Shown: piece after piece, positions 25,137 to 35,496 of the stretch
How the letters are laid out: each line of letters begins with the position of its first letter
Numbering within the stretch: the stretch's first letter is position 1
Virus record (IMG/VR): IMGVR_UViG_3300046779_002061
Span: 1-41,466 of that record
Reading direction: 5' to 3' (one strand)
DNA length: 41,466 bases
Source of the DNA: a virus
Lineage: Duplodnaviria; Caudoviricetes
Position numbers and translations under genes: made by a program
Notes under the pieces: generated by a model
The model's input: the letters and a program-made list of their open reading frames with translations, nothing else
Told to the model about the DNA's origin: nothing
The model's database searches: none

Positions 25137-26657
25137 ATGACGACACTTGATCGCAATGAGATTTACACGCAGGGTATGACCCGGGCGTTCATCCAACACG
25201 GTGGCCCCGGGACTCAGACCTACCTTTTCGGCCTTGGTGCACAGTACGGCACCATCGAGGGCGCAAGCCTGCCACAGGCAGTCGGCTCCATCGACCCCAT
25301 CTACCAACCAGACCCACGACGGGCGCAAACCTTTCGCTTGGTGGGCACGCAATCGTCAGCTCCCGAGCTTCCAAGCGTCACCGTCAACTTCCACGAGAAG
25401 ATGGGCGGCATTCCACGTCAGCTCCTCGCACCACGCTGCGAGTTCAACCTCTACGAGGTGCATGGACGCTGTAACGATCTCTCCGACTTCAATCGTGGGT
25501 GGAGTGGCTACGTAAACATCTACTCGGGATTCAAATATACGGGCACGGTTGACCTCGGCGCACGTATGTCCATGGATGGCGATGAGGCATTGACCGATGG
25601 TATCGAGGCCACGGGTGAGGCAATCTATCCCGTTGGCGAGATGAGCTTTGGTGAGGAAGCGGGTACCGCTATCGTTGCTGATGTCCTCGATGTCGTATAC
25701 GGCACGGCTATCAACTGTAAGGCGTGTGGTGCAGAGAATGATGGTTCAAAGTTCATCTATGCAGTCACACGTGCCAACGTGGCCAGCCCAAGCGCGCCAT
25801 CACAGGTTGTCTACTCACTCGATGGTGGACAAACATGGACGAACGCGACTATCACAGGCATTGGCACGACGGCCGAGCCACGATATATCGATATCGTGAA
25901 TAATTTGTTGTTCGTCGGCACCGACGCAACCACGCTCTTCTACACGGCACTCAACACCGACACGGGTGCGCCGACCACGTGGCAGTCAGTGACTTTACCT
26001 GTCGCCATGCGTGATGCGTGGGTAGAATCGCCAAACGCCATTTGGTTCGTTGGCGCGTCAGCCATCTACAAGACGACGGACATCACCATTCCTCCAGCAC
26101 TCGTGGACAGCGCAAGCGATACACTTCTGCGAATCCATGGCACGGGCGAGGGTGTAATCGTGGCGGTTGGTCATGCAGGCCTCGTGCGCTACTCACGCAA
26201 CGGTGGTATCTCGTGGGTGACTGGCGTAGCTCCTGTCGCATCGAATCTTCGTGCGGTACAGGTTATCGAAGATCGCTTGTGGTACGTCGGCGCACTCAAC
26301 GGCAATGTGTACAAAAGCGTTGATTTCGGCACCTCATGGGCGGCAATCACCTTCCCGGGTGCAGGCACGGGTCAAATCAATGACATCGTTGCGGCGACAC
26401 GTGAGGTCATCTGGATTGCGCAGGTTATCTCCAGTGTGGCGTATCTAATCACCACCATCGATGGCGGGTTCTCATGGGTCGGGTCAAACTCGAATGCGCC
26501 ACGCATCGAGAACTGGCCAACATTCCAGAATATCCACCGCTTGGCGGCTCCCATCTACGCACCACATGGCATTGCGGCGAACTTCTTGAGCGTTGCTGGC
26601 ACGGCCACGGGTGGCGCGGATGGTATTCTTTTGACGGCCTCGGCAAACATCATCTAA
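25137..26657 (+). CDS. Major tail (tube) protein with C-terminal BNR/YCF48-like beta-propeller
   Basis: Upstream of chaperone and TMP; Asp-box repeats SLDGGQTW, SRNGGISW, SVDFGTSW, TIDGGFSW. Confidence 0.7.
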   Translation: MTTLDRNEIYTQGMTRAFIQHGGPGTQTYLFGLGAQYGTIEGASLPQAVGSIDPIYQPDPRRAQTFRLVGTQSSAPELPSVTVNFHEKMGGIPRQLLAPRCEFNLYEVHGRCNDLSDFNRGWSGYVNIYSGFKYTGTVDLGARMSMDGDEALTDGIEATGEAIYPVGEMSFGEEAGTAIVADVLDVVYGTAINCKACGAENDGSKFIYAVTRANVASPSAPSQVVYSLDGGQTWTNATITGIGTTAEPRYIDIVNNLLFVGTDATTLFYTALNTDTGAPTTWQSVTLPVAMRDAWVESPNAIWFVGASAIYKTTDITIPPALVDSASDTLLRIHGTGEGVIVAVGHAGLVRYSRNGGISWVTGVAPVASNLRAVQVIEDRLWYVGALNGNVYKSVDFGTSWAAITFPGAGTGQINDIVAATREVIWIAQVISSVAYLITTIDGGFSWVGSNSNAPRIENWPTFQNIHRLAAPIYAPHGIAANFLSVAGTATGGADGILLTASANII

Positions 26658-26753
26658 AGCGGATGATGCGGGTGGCTACCGTGACGATGGGAAAAGGTCC
26701 CGCTCCGACCCTGCCACCCGCGCTTGGAGCACTACACACGAATAGGAGAGATC

Positions 26754-27296
26754 GTGGATTATCCATCAATTAAACTTCCAATCAGTGGCTATACCGTACG
26801 CATCCAGCGACAGCGCGCTGAGGTGATGACCCGCCTGCGCTTCGTTGCCGAGCAGGAGCTCATGGGCAAAAAGCCGACGCCACCCGTGCAGTCGGTCGTC
26901 GTAGCTGATGGTTCAACCAAGGACATCGAGAACACGGCAGATGAGGGCTATGTCGCTGCGCTCGAGCAGTGGCAATCAGATGTGCAAACCCTCCTCGCTA
27001 CCAAAATTACGCAATTTATCGCCACGATTGGCGTTGTTGATAATCCACCCGAGGATATCGGCGAGACCATGGCGCAATACAAGGCGCTTGGCCTCGAGGT
27101 GGATGAGAGTCCAAAAGAGTTTTGGGTACTCAATATCGTTGCGCCAAGCAATGACGACCTGGCCAAGCTGATGTTCGAGATTTTCGGGCGCTCGATGCCG
27201 CAGGAGGCGCAGGTAACGTTCTACCGCCAGCTGTTTCAAGGCCGAGTACCGGGGATCGTCGATATGGACGCACCGAGTACCCAAGGGAAAAATTAA
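26754..27296 (+). CDS. Tail assembly chaperone (lambda G analogue)
   Basis: Between tail tube and TMP; TAGGAG SD and GTG start. Confidence 0.75.
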   Translation: MDYPSIKLPISGYTVRIQRQRAEVMTRLRFVAEQELMGKKPTPPVQSVVVADGSTKDIENTADEGYVAALEQWQSDVQTLLATKITQFIATIGVVDNPPEDIGETMAQYKALGLEVDESPKEFWVLNIVAPSNDDLAKLMFEIFGRSMPQEAQVTFYRQLFQGRVPGIVDMDAPSTQGKN

Positions 27297-27486
27297 CTAC
27301 GCTGCCGAGCTCCACTACCGAGAGGCGGCGCGGTGGGCTGGATATAACTGGAGTGAGTTCTTAGCGCTCGAGGACTTTCAGCAGGCGGGCGTCATCGCAC
27401 ACTACGAGACAATCCATCGCATTGAGGCAGTCGAGGCGCACGAGCAGTATAAGGAGTCCCAGCGCAAGGCACGCAAAAAGCGCTAG
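27217..27486 (+). CDS. Start-less tail chaperone extension (lambda T analogue), +1 frame relative to 26754-27296
   Basis: 89 open codons with no in-frame ATG/GTG/TTG; ...REAARWAGYNWSEFLALEDFQQAGVIAHY...; ends just before the TMP SD. Confidence 0.75.
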   Translation, partial: RSTASCFKAEYRGSSIWTHRVPKGKINYAAELHYREAARWAGYNWSEFLALEDFQQAGVIAHYETIHRIEAVEAHEQYKESQRKARKKR

Positions 27487-27503
27487 GATAGGGAGGGTGG
27501 CAG

Positions 27504-30104
27504 ATGGCAGTATCAGAGGCTGGAATCAAGCTCGTTGCCGAGGGTGTAGACGCATATGAGTCTAACGTCAAGCGCGCAAACGACGCCACGCAAAAATTTG
27601 CCAATGATACCCAATCCTCGACGGGAAAGTTTGAGGGGTGGTCGTCCGTTGTCCGTGGCGCATTCGAGAAGGTTGGTGGGCTTGTCACCGAGCAACTCGC
27701 AAATGCAGGACAAGCGCTGATTGGGTTCGGTGTTGATTCCGTCAAACTCGCAGGTGAGTTTGAGGGCAACATGAATCAGTTTGCTGCGGCTGCCTCAATC
27801 CCCGAAAGCGAAATCAAGGACTTCGAAAAGTTATTCGTTGACCTTGGTAAAGAGCTCCCTGTGTCCACCATGGAGACAGTGCAAGCGGCAACAGCACTCG
27901 TAAAAGGCGGTATCGACCCTACAGTGGTAGCGGCTGGTGGCCTCCGTGATACTCTCAATTTCGCCGCCGCCGCTGGTCTTGGGCTCGAGCAGTCGGCTGA
28001 CATTGTCGCCAAGCAGCTCGGGCAGTTCGTGCCAGTCACAGCATCAGCCGCTGAGAAAACCGAATTCATGGCAAAGTCCATGGATCTCATGACCAAAGTT
28101 GCGAATAGTTCCACTGTTGATGTAGATGAGCTCGCAAGTGGTATGGCACAGGCTGGTGGTGTGGCCAATGCCATCGGTATGGATTACGAGGACTTTGCAG
28201 TTACCATGGGCGCAATTAGTCCGTCGTTTAAATCTGCCGAAGAGGCTGGCACGTCGCTCAAAAACTTCCTCACACGCTTACAACCTGCAAGCACTCCCGC
28301 ATTTGATGCGATGCGTGACCTCGGACTTGTGACTGGTGACACCGAGGCCATGATGAAGTTCTTGCAGGATAATGGCGTTAAGCCATTATCTGGCGAGATG
28401 GGCGATCTCGACCAGCAGGTGCGTGACTTTCTCAAAACCGAAAAGGGTCTTACATCGTCACAGATTGAAAAGACCATGTCAGGCATGACAAAAAACGCCT
28501 TTTTTGCGAATGGCGAGTTGCTGTCCATGCAGGAGATTGTCGGCACACTTGAGACTGCTACAAAGGGTCTGACCGACGAGCAGAAAATCCAGTACATGCA
28601 AACTATCTTCGGCGCTGATGCGATGAACACGGTCGTATCACTCGCTGAAATGGGGGTTGAGGGATTTGACGCGTTTGCTGCATCTGTTGATAAGGCGAAT
28701 GGCGTACAAGAGCAGGCCGAAGCGGTTAATAAAGGCTTCGACTTTCAGATGAACAATTTGCAGGGTTCACTCGAAGCTTTTCAGCTGACCATTGGTGGCC
28801 CAATGCGTGATGCGGTCGCACCATTCATTGGCATGATTGCAGAAGCTGTTAATGTAGCTGGCGATCTATTCGCCATCTTCACCGAGAAGCCCGCACCAAT
28901 CGACTCGCAGGCCGACCCAATCACTCAAATGGCAAAGAATCTCGAGACCGCATCTAAGGAAAAGGAGCGATTCGAGTCGCTCCCCGAACCTATTCAGCAG
29001 GTTGTACTTGCGGTACAGGGACTGCTTGATAGGCAAACCGAGTTCACTGACCAATTTCAGATGATGATGGCCGATCTCAATAATCGATTGCAGCCGATTT
29101 TCAGTCTCATCAAAACAACATTCATGAGCGTTGGCGAAACGCTGGTGGGTTTTTTCACTGGCCCAAGCTTTGCTGCCATCGTGAAGAATGTACAGAAGAT
29201 TATCAATACGGTGATTGGCATCCTTGGCCACATGTCAAAGGTATTACAACCCATCATCCAGCGTGCCACTGAAATCATCGGCATTATGCTCGAGTCGCTT
29301 GGCCCAATTAGCACAGCAATCACAAACACATTCACGAGTCCAACCGTAGTCAATGCGATTAATGTGATTGTTGATTTGCTTGGTGCAGTAGTATCGCTTG
29401 GACTTGAGCTGATTCTCATAGCATGGAACAATTTGGTCGAAGATTTCAATTACTGGTGGCCGGTCATCGACAATATCATTCAGGCACTTGGTAAAACGAT
29501 TGAATTTGTTGTGCCATTTGTGACTGAAATCATCAAAGGCCTTGTGAATTATATTAAGGGCGATACGACCAACGCATTTGATGGCCTTGGCAAACTTGCC
29601 AGTGAGACATGGGAAAACATCAAAAGCGCAATCAGCACCAAAATTGAGGAAATCATGATTGAGGTCGGCAAGCTGATTATTGGTATTGATAAGAAATTTG
29701 GCGAAATGGTGAACGCCGCACTCAACTTTGGCAAAGACCTTGTGCAGGGTCTCATCAACGGCATCAACGCCAAAATCAATGATGTAATATCGGCGGCTGG
29801 CAACCTCGTCGATGAGATTAAGAAAAAGCTCAATGTGGGCTTCCTCTTCGGCTCACCATCCAAGATTACCACCGAGATGGGCGAGTGGATTGGTGAGGGT
29901 ATGTCGATTGGTATGGATAAATCCACACGCGACGTGCTCGAGTCATCGCAGAACCTCGTGATGGCTGCGCGTGCGCCGATGATGGCAGCAGCTGGTGGTG
30001 GCGGCACGACCAATGTCACGAATAATTATAGTCTCGGCGTAAGCACGACGGCATCTCCAACCGTCATCGTGCGCTCATATAACCTGATGAGAGGGAGTGT
30101 ATGA
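27504..30104 (+). CDS. Tail tape measure protein (TP901-family core)
   Basis: 866 aa helical; EEAGTSLKNFLTRL, IFGADA, FGSPSK..E.G..IG.G motifs. Confidence 0.92.
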   Translation: MAVSEAGIKLVAEGVDAYESNVKRANDATQKFANDTQSSTGKFEGWSSVVRGAFEKVGGLVTEQLANAGQALIGFGVDSVKLAGEFEGNMNQFAAAASIPESEIKDFEKLFVDLGKELPVSTMETVQAATALVKGGIDPTVVAAGGLRDTLNFAAAAGLGLEQSADIVAKQLGQFVPVTASAAEKTEFMAKSMDLMTKVANSSTVDVDELASGMAQAGGVANAIGMDYEDFAVTMGAISPSFKSAEEAGTSLKNFLTRLQPASTPAFDAMRDLGLVTGDTEAMMKFLQDNGVKPLSGEMGDLDQQVRDFLKTEKGLTSSQIEKTMSGMTKNAFFANGELLSMQEIVGTLETATKGLTDEQKIQYMQTIFGADAMNTVVSLAEMGVEGFDAFAASVDKANGVQEQAEAVNKGFDFQMNNLQGSLEAFQLTIGGPMRDAVAPFIGMIAEAVNVAGDLFAIFTEKPAPIDSQADPITQMAKNLETASKEKERFESLPEPIQQVVLAVQGLLDRQTEFTDQFQMMMADLNNRLQPIFSLIKTTFMSVGETLVGFFTGPSFAAIVKNVQKIINTVIGILGHMSKVLQPIIQRATEIIGIMLESLGPISTAITNTFTSPTVVNAINVIVDLLGAVVSLGLELILIAWNNLVEDFNYWWPVIDNIIQALGKTIEFVVPFVTEIIKGLVNYIKGDTTNAFDGLGKLASETWENIKSAISTKIEEIMIEVGKLIIGIDKKFGEMVNAALNFGKDLVQGLINGINAKINDVISAAGNLVDEIKKKLNVGFLFGSPSKITTEMGEWIGEGMSIGMDKSTRDVLESSQNLVMAARAPMMAAAGGGGTTNVTNNYSLGVSTTASPTVIVRSYNLMRGSV

Positions 30105-32794
30105 TCCGTCAAATCAACCAAGTGCCAGACGCGTCAGGAGCGGGATATTATAACCCATGTTCGGGTGCGCTCTCGATTGTCATGCCATCAGAGGCTATCA
30201 ATCAGGTGATGAATCCGAGCTTCGAGCTCTACAAAACAGCATATACCGACAATGTGGCGTTTGTTGGCTGGACGGCTGCACGACGGGTAGGAGGAAGCAC
30301 AACGACCACGGGAGATATCAATGCATACATCACGGCAGGCAATCCCGTCTGGTCGGGAGTAAACGCATTCTATACGGCCAACGTGGGCACGATAGGGGAT
30401 TTCATCTCGCTCACGTATAGTGCAATTACGCTCACGCAATCCCAAAACTTTGCATTAAGCTTTTATATCTATGGCGCATCAGGTTCGAATAGGCGAACCT
30501 ATACCACTCGCGTACTTAATGGGGCAACAGTTGTTGCCCAAAAGACGTTCACACCTATCGAGGGGCAGTGGCAACGGGTCGAGCTCGTGTTTCTCTCAAA
30601 CGTCACCTCATCCACGGCAACGTTCGTGATTGAGAAATCGTCAATCGCTGGATCGTGGGCAGGCGGAAATGCCTACATCGATGCTGTGCAGTTCGAGCAG
30701 GTCGCCGCACCTGATACCGATATCGGTCTCACTGTATCGAGTATGCATGCCACCACCTATTTCGATGGCGATACCGAGGGGACGATTGATGATTCCACAG
30801 GCGTATACGAGTACGCATGGCAGGGCACGCCACACCGCTCACGCTCGGTGCGCTATGCGACGACGGCATCGGGTGGACGCATCTACAACCTACAGGACGA
30901 GTTCGGGCTTGAAATTATCGGCGTTGCCGAGGCTGGCATCAATCAGCCACAGGTACAGGCCATCACATACGGCTCACAGGATGGCGGATCACTGCAAGAC
31001 ATCATCAACCCCGTGCGCACCGTGACATTCATCGGCCAGCTTGCAGGGGCGAGCAAGGTTGAGCTATCCCGAAAGGTGCAGCGACTCCAAGCGCTGTTGA
31101 GTCGCGACCTGTTTGTCAATCGGCAGGATCGCACATTCATCTTTCAGCACCTCGATGGTCGTGAGAATATCGGCGTACCAATGACTTTCCGTGGTGCATT
31201 CTCGGGTGGTCTTAATGTGTTGGTCACTGATGCGCTCACGGTCAATGTGGATATCTCCATCCAGATGCACGACCCATACTTCTATGGCCATGATGAGTCA
31301 CTACGGGTCGACTCATACGTTGCATCGAGTAGCGCAGTCTATCGCGTATCCCAGTTTGACACCGATATCAAGAGCCCGATGCTAGAGAATGTGGCTACTG
31401 GGCTTAATGGGCCAGTATATGCCATGACCGAGGCGCCTGATGGGCGTGTCTGGATTGGTGGCAATTTCACCCAAAGCAATACGGGACAGTCCTTGCCATA
31501 CATCTGTATCTATAATCCCATCACGAATGCGTTTAGTGCAGTCCCGGGCGCATCGCTCAATGGATTTGTGACAAGCATTAAGTTCGACCGCACGGGGCGC
31601 GCATGGATTGCTGGAAATTTTACAGGCGCGATGGGGAATTATCTGACGACCCACAACGGCACTGCATATGTGAGTACTGGCAATTTCAATGCGCCTGTAG
31701 CTGACATTGAAATTATCAACTCTGACGGCAACATTGAAGTATATGCAGTAGGTGAGTTCACTACTGCACCAAGTGGCGCAGCGCTTCGCATCGCGCGATG
31801 GACGAGTGCAGGAGGCCTCTGGTCGGCATACACTGCAGGCGCAAACAATTTTGTGATTGCGATTGCATACAATCCCGCAATTGACGCGCTGTACGTTGGC
31901 GGCAACTTCACGGCTATCGGAACTGCGGTCACGCGTGTTGCGCAAATCGACCGAATCACTGGTATAGCCACATCGATTGGCGCAACATTTAATGCGCTTG
32001 TGCGTGAGCTGTATGTCGATGCAGATGGCACTCTGATTATCGGCGGTGCATTCACCTCGCCACACGAGTACGTATCATACTACACCAATGGAACATTCAC
32101 ACAGTTCCCCGGATTCGCACAGGGGCTTGGCATATCAGGACTCTATCCCTATCTCAACTCGATTTTCGAGTATAAGGGCGGGATTTTTATTGGCGCACCG
32201 AAGTACATCATCTCCCCATCACTCGGCACTGATACATACCTCCCAGGGATGTCGTACTGGAATGGCACCGCACTTAGTGGTTCCTCGTGGATCCCCATTG
32301 CGAGTGGCCAGTACCTCGAGTATGTCGGCACGACGCTCAGCGATGGCACGCTCATGGTGGGATTGCGAAATGCATCGGGAGACCGCTCATCCGCAGTAGC
32401 ACATGCCGTCAACACTTCTACCGTGCAGGCATATCCCACAATCCGCATGGTGACCGATGGTACGCCTGTACAGATTAATGCAATTGTCAATGTGCGCGAT
32501 GATAAACTCATGATTTTTACCGATCGCACACAGGGGGACGTTAGTATAGCTGATGTGGACTTTATCTCAAAAGACCTTATCACCATCAAGCCAAAGTTCG
32601 GCACAATCGACTCGGCATTTTTCGGCAATCTCATCCGTCTACTTAACCTCGCTGGAACGTTTTCGGATTACACGATTCGACCCGGAACCGTGTCAATTGC
32701 GAGCATCATCAATGACTATGCCGAGGCGACAACCGTCGAGCTCTATTGGCGTCAAACATTTCAGAGCCTCTTCGATGGAGTGAATAAGTCATGA
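30101..32794 (+). CDS. Distal tail/baseplate protein with carbohydrate-binding and beta-propeller insertions
   Basis: Follows TMP; NPSFE...IDAVQFE, TYFDGD; repeated GGNFT/VGEFT propeller blades. Confidence 0.7.
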   Translation: MIRQINQVPDASGAGYYNPCSGALSIVMPSEAINQVMNPSFELYKTAYTDNVAFVGWTAARRVGGSTTTTGDINAYITAGNPVWSGVNAFYTANVGTIGDFISLTYSAITLTQSQNFALSFYIYGASGSNRRTYTTRVLNGATVVAQKTFTPIEGQWQRVELVFLSNVTSSTATFVIEKSSIAGSWAGGNAYIDAVQFEQVAAPDTDIGLTVSSMHATTYFDGDTEGTIDDSTGVYEYAWQGTPHRSRSVRYATTASGGRIYNLQDEFGLEIIGVAEAGINQPQVQAITYGSQDGGSLQDIINPVRTVTFIGQLAGASKVELSRKVQRLQALLSRDLFVNRQDRTFIFQHLDGRENIGVPMTFRGAFSGGLNVLVTDALTVNVDISIQMHDPYFYGHDESLRVDSYVASSSAVYRVSQFDTDIKSPMLENVATGLNGPVYAMTEAPDGRVWIGGNFTQSNTGQSLPYICIYNPITNAFSAVPGASLNGFVTSIKFDRTGRAWIAGNFTGAMGNYLTTHNGTAYVSTGNFNAPVADIEIINSDGNIEVYAVGEFTTAPSGAALRIARWTSAGGLWSAYTAGANNFVIAIAYNPAIDALYVGGNFTAIGTAVTRVAQIDRITGIATSIGATFNALVRELYVDADGTLIIGGAFTSPHEYVSYYTNGTFTQFPGFAQGLGISGLYPYLNSIFEYKGGIFIGAPKYIISPSLGTDTYLPGMSYWNGTALSGSSWIPIASGQYLEYVGTTLSDGTLMVGLRNASGDRSSAVAHAVNTSTVQAYPTIRMVTDGTPVQINAIVNVRDDKLMIFTDRTQGDVSIADVDFISKDLITIKPKFGTIDSAFFGNLIRLLNLAGTFSDYTIRPGTVSIASIINDYAEATTVELYWRQTFQSLFDGVNKS

Positions 32795-33894
32795 TCCGCT
32801 ATCAGGTACGCATCTGCGACGACACAGGCACGACACAGGCTGTACCACGCGACTATCAATCGTGTCGCTATGTGCTCCGCATGGATGGCGAGATTGGTGT
32901 CTGCGAAATGGTGCTCCCGCGCCGCAAGTATGAGGACATGCTCAGGTCGTCCAATCCCGATTGGCGCATTCAGATATGGCGGTCGGTGAATGGATTAACC
33001 TATACACTCGATGGTGATATGGAGTACTTCATCCTCGATTGGGACACCACTGATGATGCGATTAAAATTACCGCGCCATCCCTGCAGCATCTGCTCACAC
33101 GACGCATCAATGCGTTCTATGCAGGGTATCAGGATATCCCATCGGGGACGGGTGCTATCTACTCGGGGCCTGTGACGACGATCATGTATCAAGTGGTATC
33201 GGCCAATTTCGCAAGCGTCAATCCCGAGCGCGATGCACTCGCATTCGGGTACTATCCACCGGGATTCGAAATCAATGGCCCGCTTGGTACAGGGCCATCC
33301 CTTAACGTCCAGTGTAGTCGCGAGAATGTTTTTGATATCATCACAAAAATGGCCGAAGCCTCATTCACGCAGGGGCGTTGGGCGGTCGGGCTTGTGCGAA
33401 GTAATGGCAGTACGTGGCGATTTGATGCGCAGCTTGATTTTGCAGGCATAGATCGCCGACGTACGCTGGTTCTCTCGCCCGAGCTATCGAACGTACAGAA
33501 TGCCGTGCTGAGTGAAAATGCCATCGACCAAAAATCCGCAATCATCGCCGCAGGACGAGGGACTGGTAAGGCGCGGTCGCTCAGTGTGCAGACATCCACG
33601 CCACGCATTAACGCATCAATCATCGGATATAACGAGTCATTCATTGAGGACACCAATGCGCGTGATAATCAAATCGTCAACTTGGCGCGTGCTGAATTGC
33701 GCAAGCGACGATTAATAACTGAGTTTTCATGCGATCTGACACAGTCGCCCAGCACGGTGCGTGGCGTGCACTACGATGTCGGCGACTATCTCCGTGTGAG
33801 CTATATCGGCAAAAGATTTGATATGCGCCTCGATGTCGTCGAGGTCACGCTCACGGGCACGACAGGCGTCGAGCGAGCGAGGTTGACACAATGA
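32791..33894 (+). CDS. Minor tail hub protein (Gp37-like)
   Basis: Position; LL.RRI, AGRGTGKAR, G..YDVGD..RV motifs. Confidence 0.7.
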   Translation: MIRYQVRICDDTGTTQAVPRDYQSCRYVLRMDGEIGVCEMVLPRRKYEDMLRSSNPDWRIQIWRSVNGLTYTLDGDMEYFILDWDTTDDAIKITAPSLQHLLTRRINAFYAGYQDIPSGTGAIYSGPVTTIMYQVVSANFASVNPERDALAFGYYPPGFEINGPLGTGPSLNVQCSRENVFDIITKMAEASFTQGRWAVGLVRSNGSTWRFDAQLDFAGIDRRRTLVLSPELSNVQNAVLSENAIDQKSAIIAAGRGTGKARSLSVQTSTPRINASIIGYNESFIEDTNARDNQIVNLARAELRKRRLITEFSCDLTQSPSTVRGVHYDVGDYLRVSYIGKRFDMRLDVVEVTLTGTTGVERARLTQ

Positions 33895-34376
33895 ACCGAG
33901 AAGTCGTTCGCGATATCGTTGACTTGCAGCGTACGATATCCCAAATCAATGATGAAATCCCTGATGCGGCACTCACACTAACACGCACAGCGGCGCAGGC
34001 CATCACGACTGCAGGTACTACTATCGTGTGGCAGTCACGCATCCGCGGTCAGGGAATCACGTGGTCGGGGGCAAGCATCACAATCCCCACGCCGGGCTGG
34101 TATCATATCAGCGTTGCCTTTCAGCATGGCGCACTTAATGACAATCTGATTCGCCTCGGCGTCAATGGCGTGAATGTCCAATTTGCACCAGGTATCGGCG
34201 ATGTCAATATTGACGTATCATCGGCACACTTCATGCGGTACTTCAATCGCAGCGACGTCATACAAATCAGTGTGCTACCGTCGGCCAATGTCAATATTAA
34301 TGCGCGCGCCGAGAACGGCGTTGCCGAGTCCCCTATGCTGAATATCGTCCAGCTCACCAATCAAGCCGAGGCATAA
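33891..34376 (+). CDS. Tail tip/fiber protein with C1q-like beta domain
   Basis: N-terminal coiled coil; ITIPTPGWYHIS motif. Confidence 0.55.
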   Translation: MNREVVRDIVDLQRTISQINDEIPDAALTLTRTAAQAITTAGTTIVWQSRIRGQGITWSGASITIPTPGWYHISVAFQHGALNDNLIRLGVNGVNVQFAPGIGDVNIDVSSAHFMRYFNRSDVIQISVLPSANVNINARAENGVAESPMLNIVQLTNQAEA

Positions 34377-34377
34377 C

Positions 34378-34716
34378 ATGATCATCTACCTCATCTACCA
34401 AACCGACACGCTCACCACGATGTACGCTGATGAGTATGGCGAGTCCTATGACGTTTTGCCAGACGGCGCCGAGCTAGTAGAATCGCCACCCCTCGAGGAC
34501 GCACTCGATTCCGTGCGAAAACAGCGAAATGCGCTCTTGTTTTCGTGTGACTGGACCCAACTACCCGATGCACCGCTTACCACGTCGCAGAAAGGCGCGT
34601 GGAGGGCGTATCGGAAATCCCTACGAGACATGATGGCGACGTTGGCATGGAATCAGTCCACGTGGCCAACGCCGCCCGATGATAGCATGGAGAACTCGCC
34701 AATCCTTGATGGCTAG
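34378..34716 (+). CDS. Tail fiber assembly chaperone
   Basis: VRKQRNALLFSCDWTQLPDAPL...WRAYR.SLRD...WPTPP. Confidence 0.85.
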   Translation: MIIYLIYQTDTLTTMYADEYGESYDVLPDGAELVESPPLEDALDSVRKQRNALLFSCDWTQLPDAPLTTSQKGAWRAYRKSLRDMMATLAWNQSTWPTPPDDSMENSPILDG

Positions 34717-35489
34717 TTCTCGAGTCGCTTCAGCTCACGGTAGCTGGTAGCGGCTACCCATGCACGCCGACTGGCATTGAGGCGATCAACGATGCGTCCA
34801 TGGTAGCGATGCTCCATTGGGTCGATGTTTGACGTGAATACAGTCGCCTTGTCCACGCGACTATCGATAAGGCGAAATAGCACCGATTGCGCCCAATCGG
34901 TATTTGACTCCGCGCCGATGTCATCGAAAATTACCACGTCGGCTTTTTCAATCGTCTCATACACTGACTCGAGTGTACCCGATTTCATTGCGTCACGCAT
35001 ATAGTCAATCATGGCGGGAACGCTTCGATAGATAACCTCCCACCCATTCCCCGATACCACGTTGGCGATAGCCGCCGCAAGATGCGACTTACCACACCCA
35101 GGTACGCCATACACGTAGAGCCAACCAGACGGCTTGTGCGCCCACGAAAAACACTTTTTGTATGCGACATCGACTAAGTGGCGTTGCGCCGCTCCTGAGT
35201 TCTCCTTGGTGTCTCTGTAGGGACGGTCGATATCAAAGTTCTCGAATGTTTTATGCGCAAGCACTTCGAGGTCTTGATTCAGGCGCTTTTGGGCAGGACT
35301 TGGGCCAGCGTAGCCACACTCGCACTTGGTGAGCTCCTTGCCACGCATGTACCATCCAGCGTCGTTGCACACCGAGCAGTTGCCAACGGACTGAGGAATT
35401 ACCCCCTTGGGCACCTTGCCAGCACGCATCAACTGATACCGCTCACGCCAATAAGCACTGCTGGCCTGATATCGCTCGAGGTTGGTCAT
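34713..35489 (-). CDS. DnaC/IstB-like AAA+ helicase loader
   Basis: Zn motif CSVC...CEC, TFENF, Walker A GVPGCGKS, Walker B IFDDIG, TSN, RIVDRL; likely start MTNLERY. Confidence 0.88.
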   Translation of the reverse strand: MTNLERYQASSAYWRERYQLMRAGKVPKGVIPQSVGNCSVCNDAGWYMRGKELTKCECGYAGPSPAQKRLNQDLEVLAHKTFENFDIDRPYRDTKENSGAAQRHLVDVAYKKCFSWAHKPSGWLYVYGVPGCGKSHLAAAIANVVSGNGWEVIYRSVPAMIDYMRDAMKSGTLESVYETIEKADVVIFDDIGAESNTDWAQSVLFRLIDSRVDKATVFTSNIDPMEHRYHGRIVDRLNASRRAWVAATSYRELKRLEN

Positions 35490-35496
35490 ACTCGGA

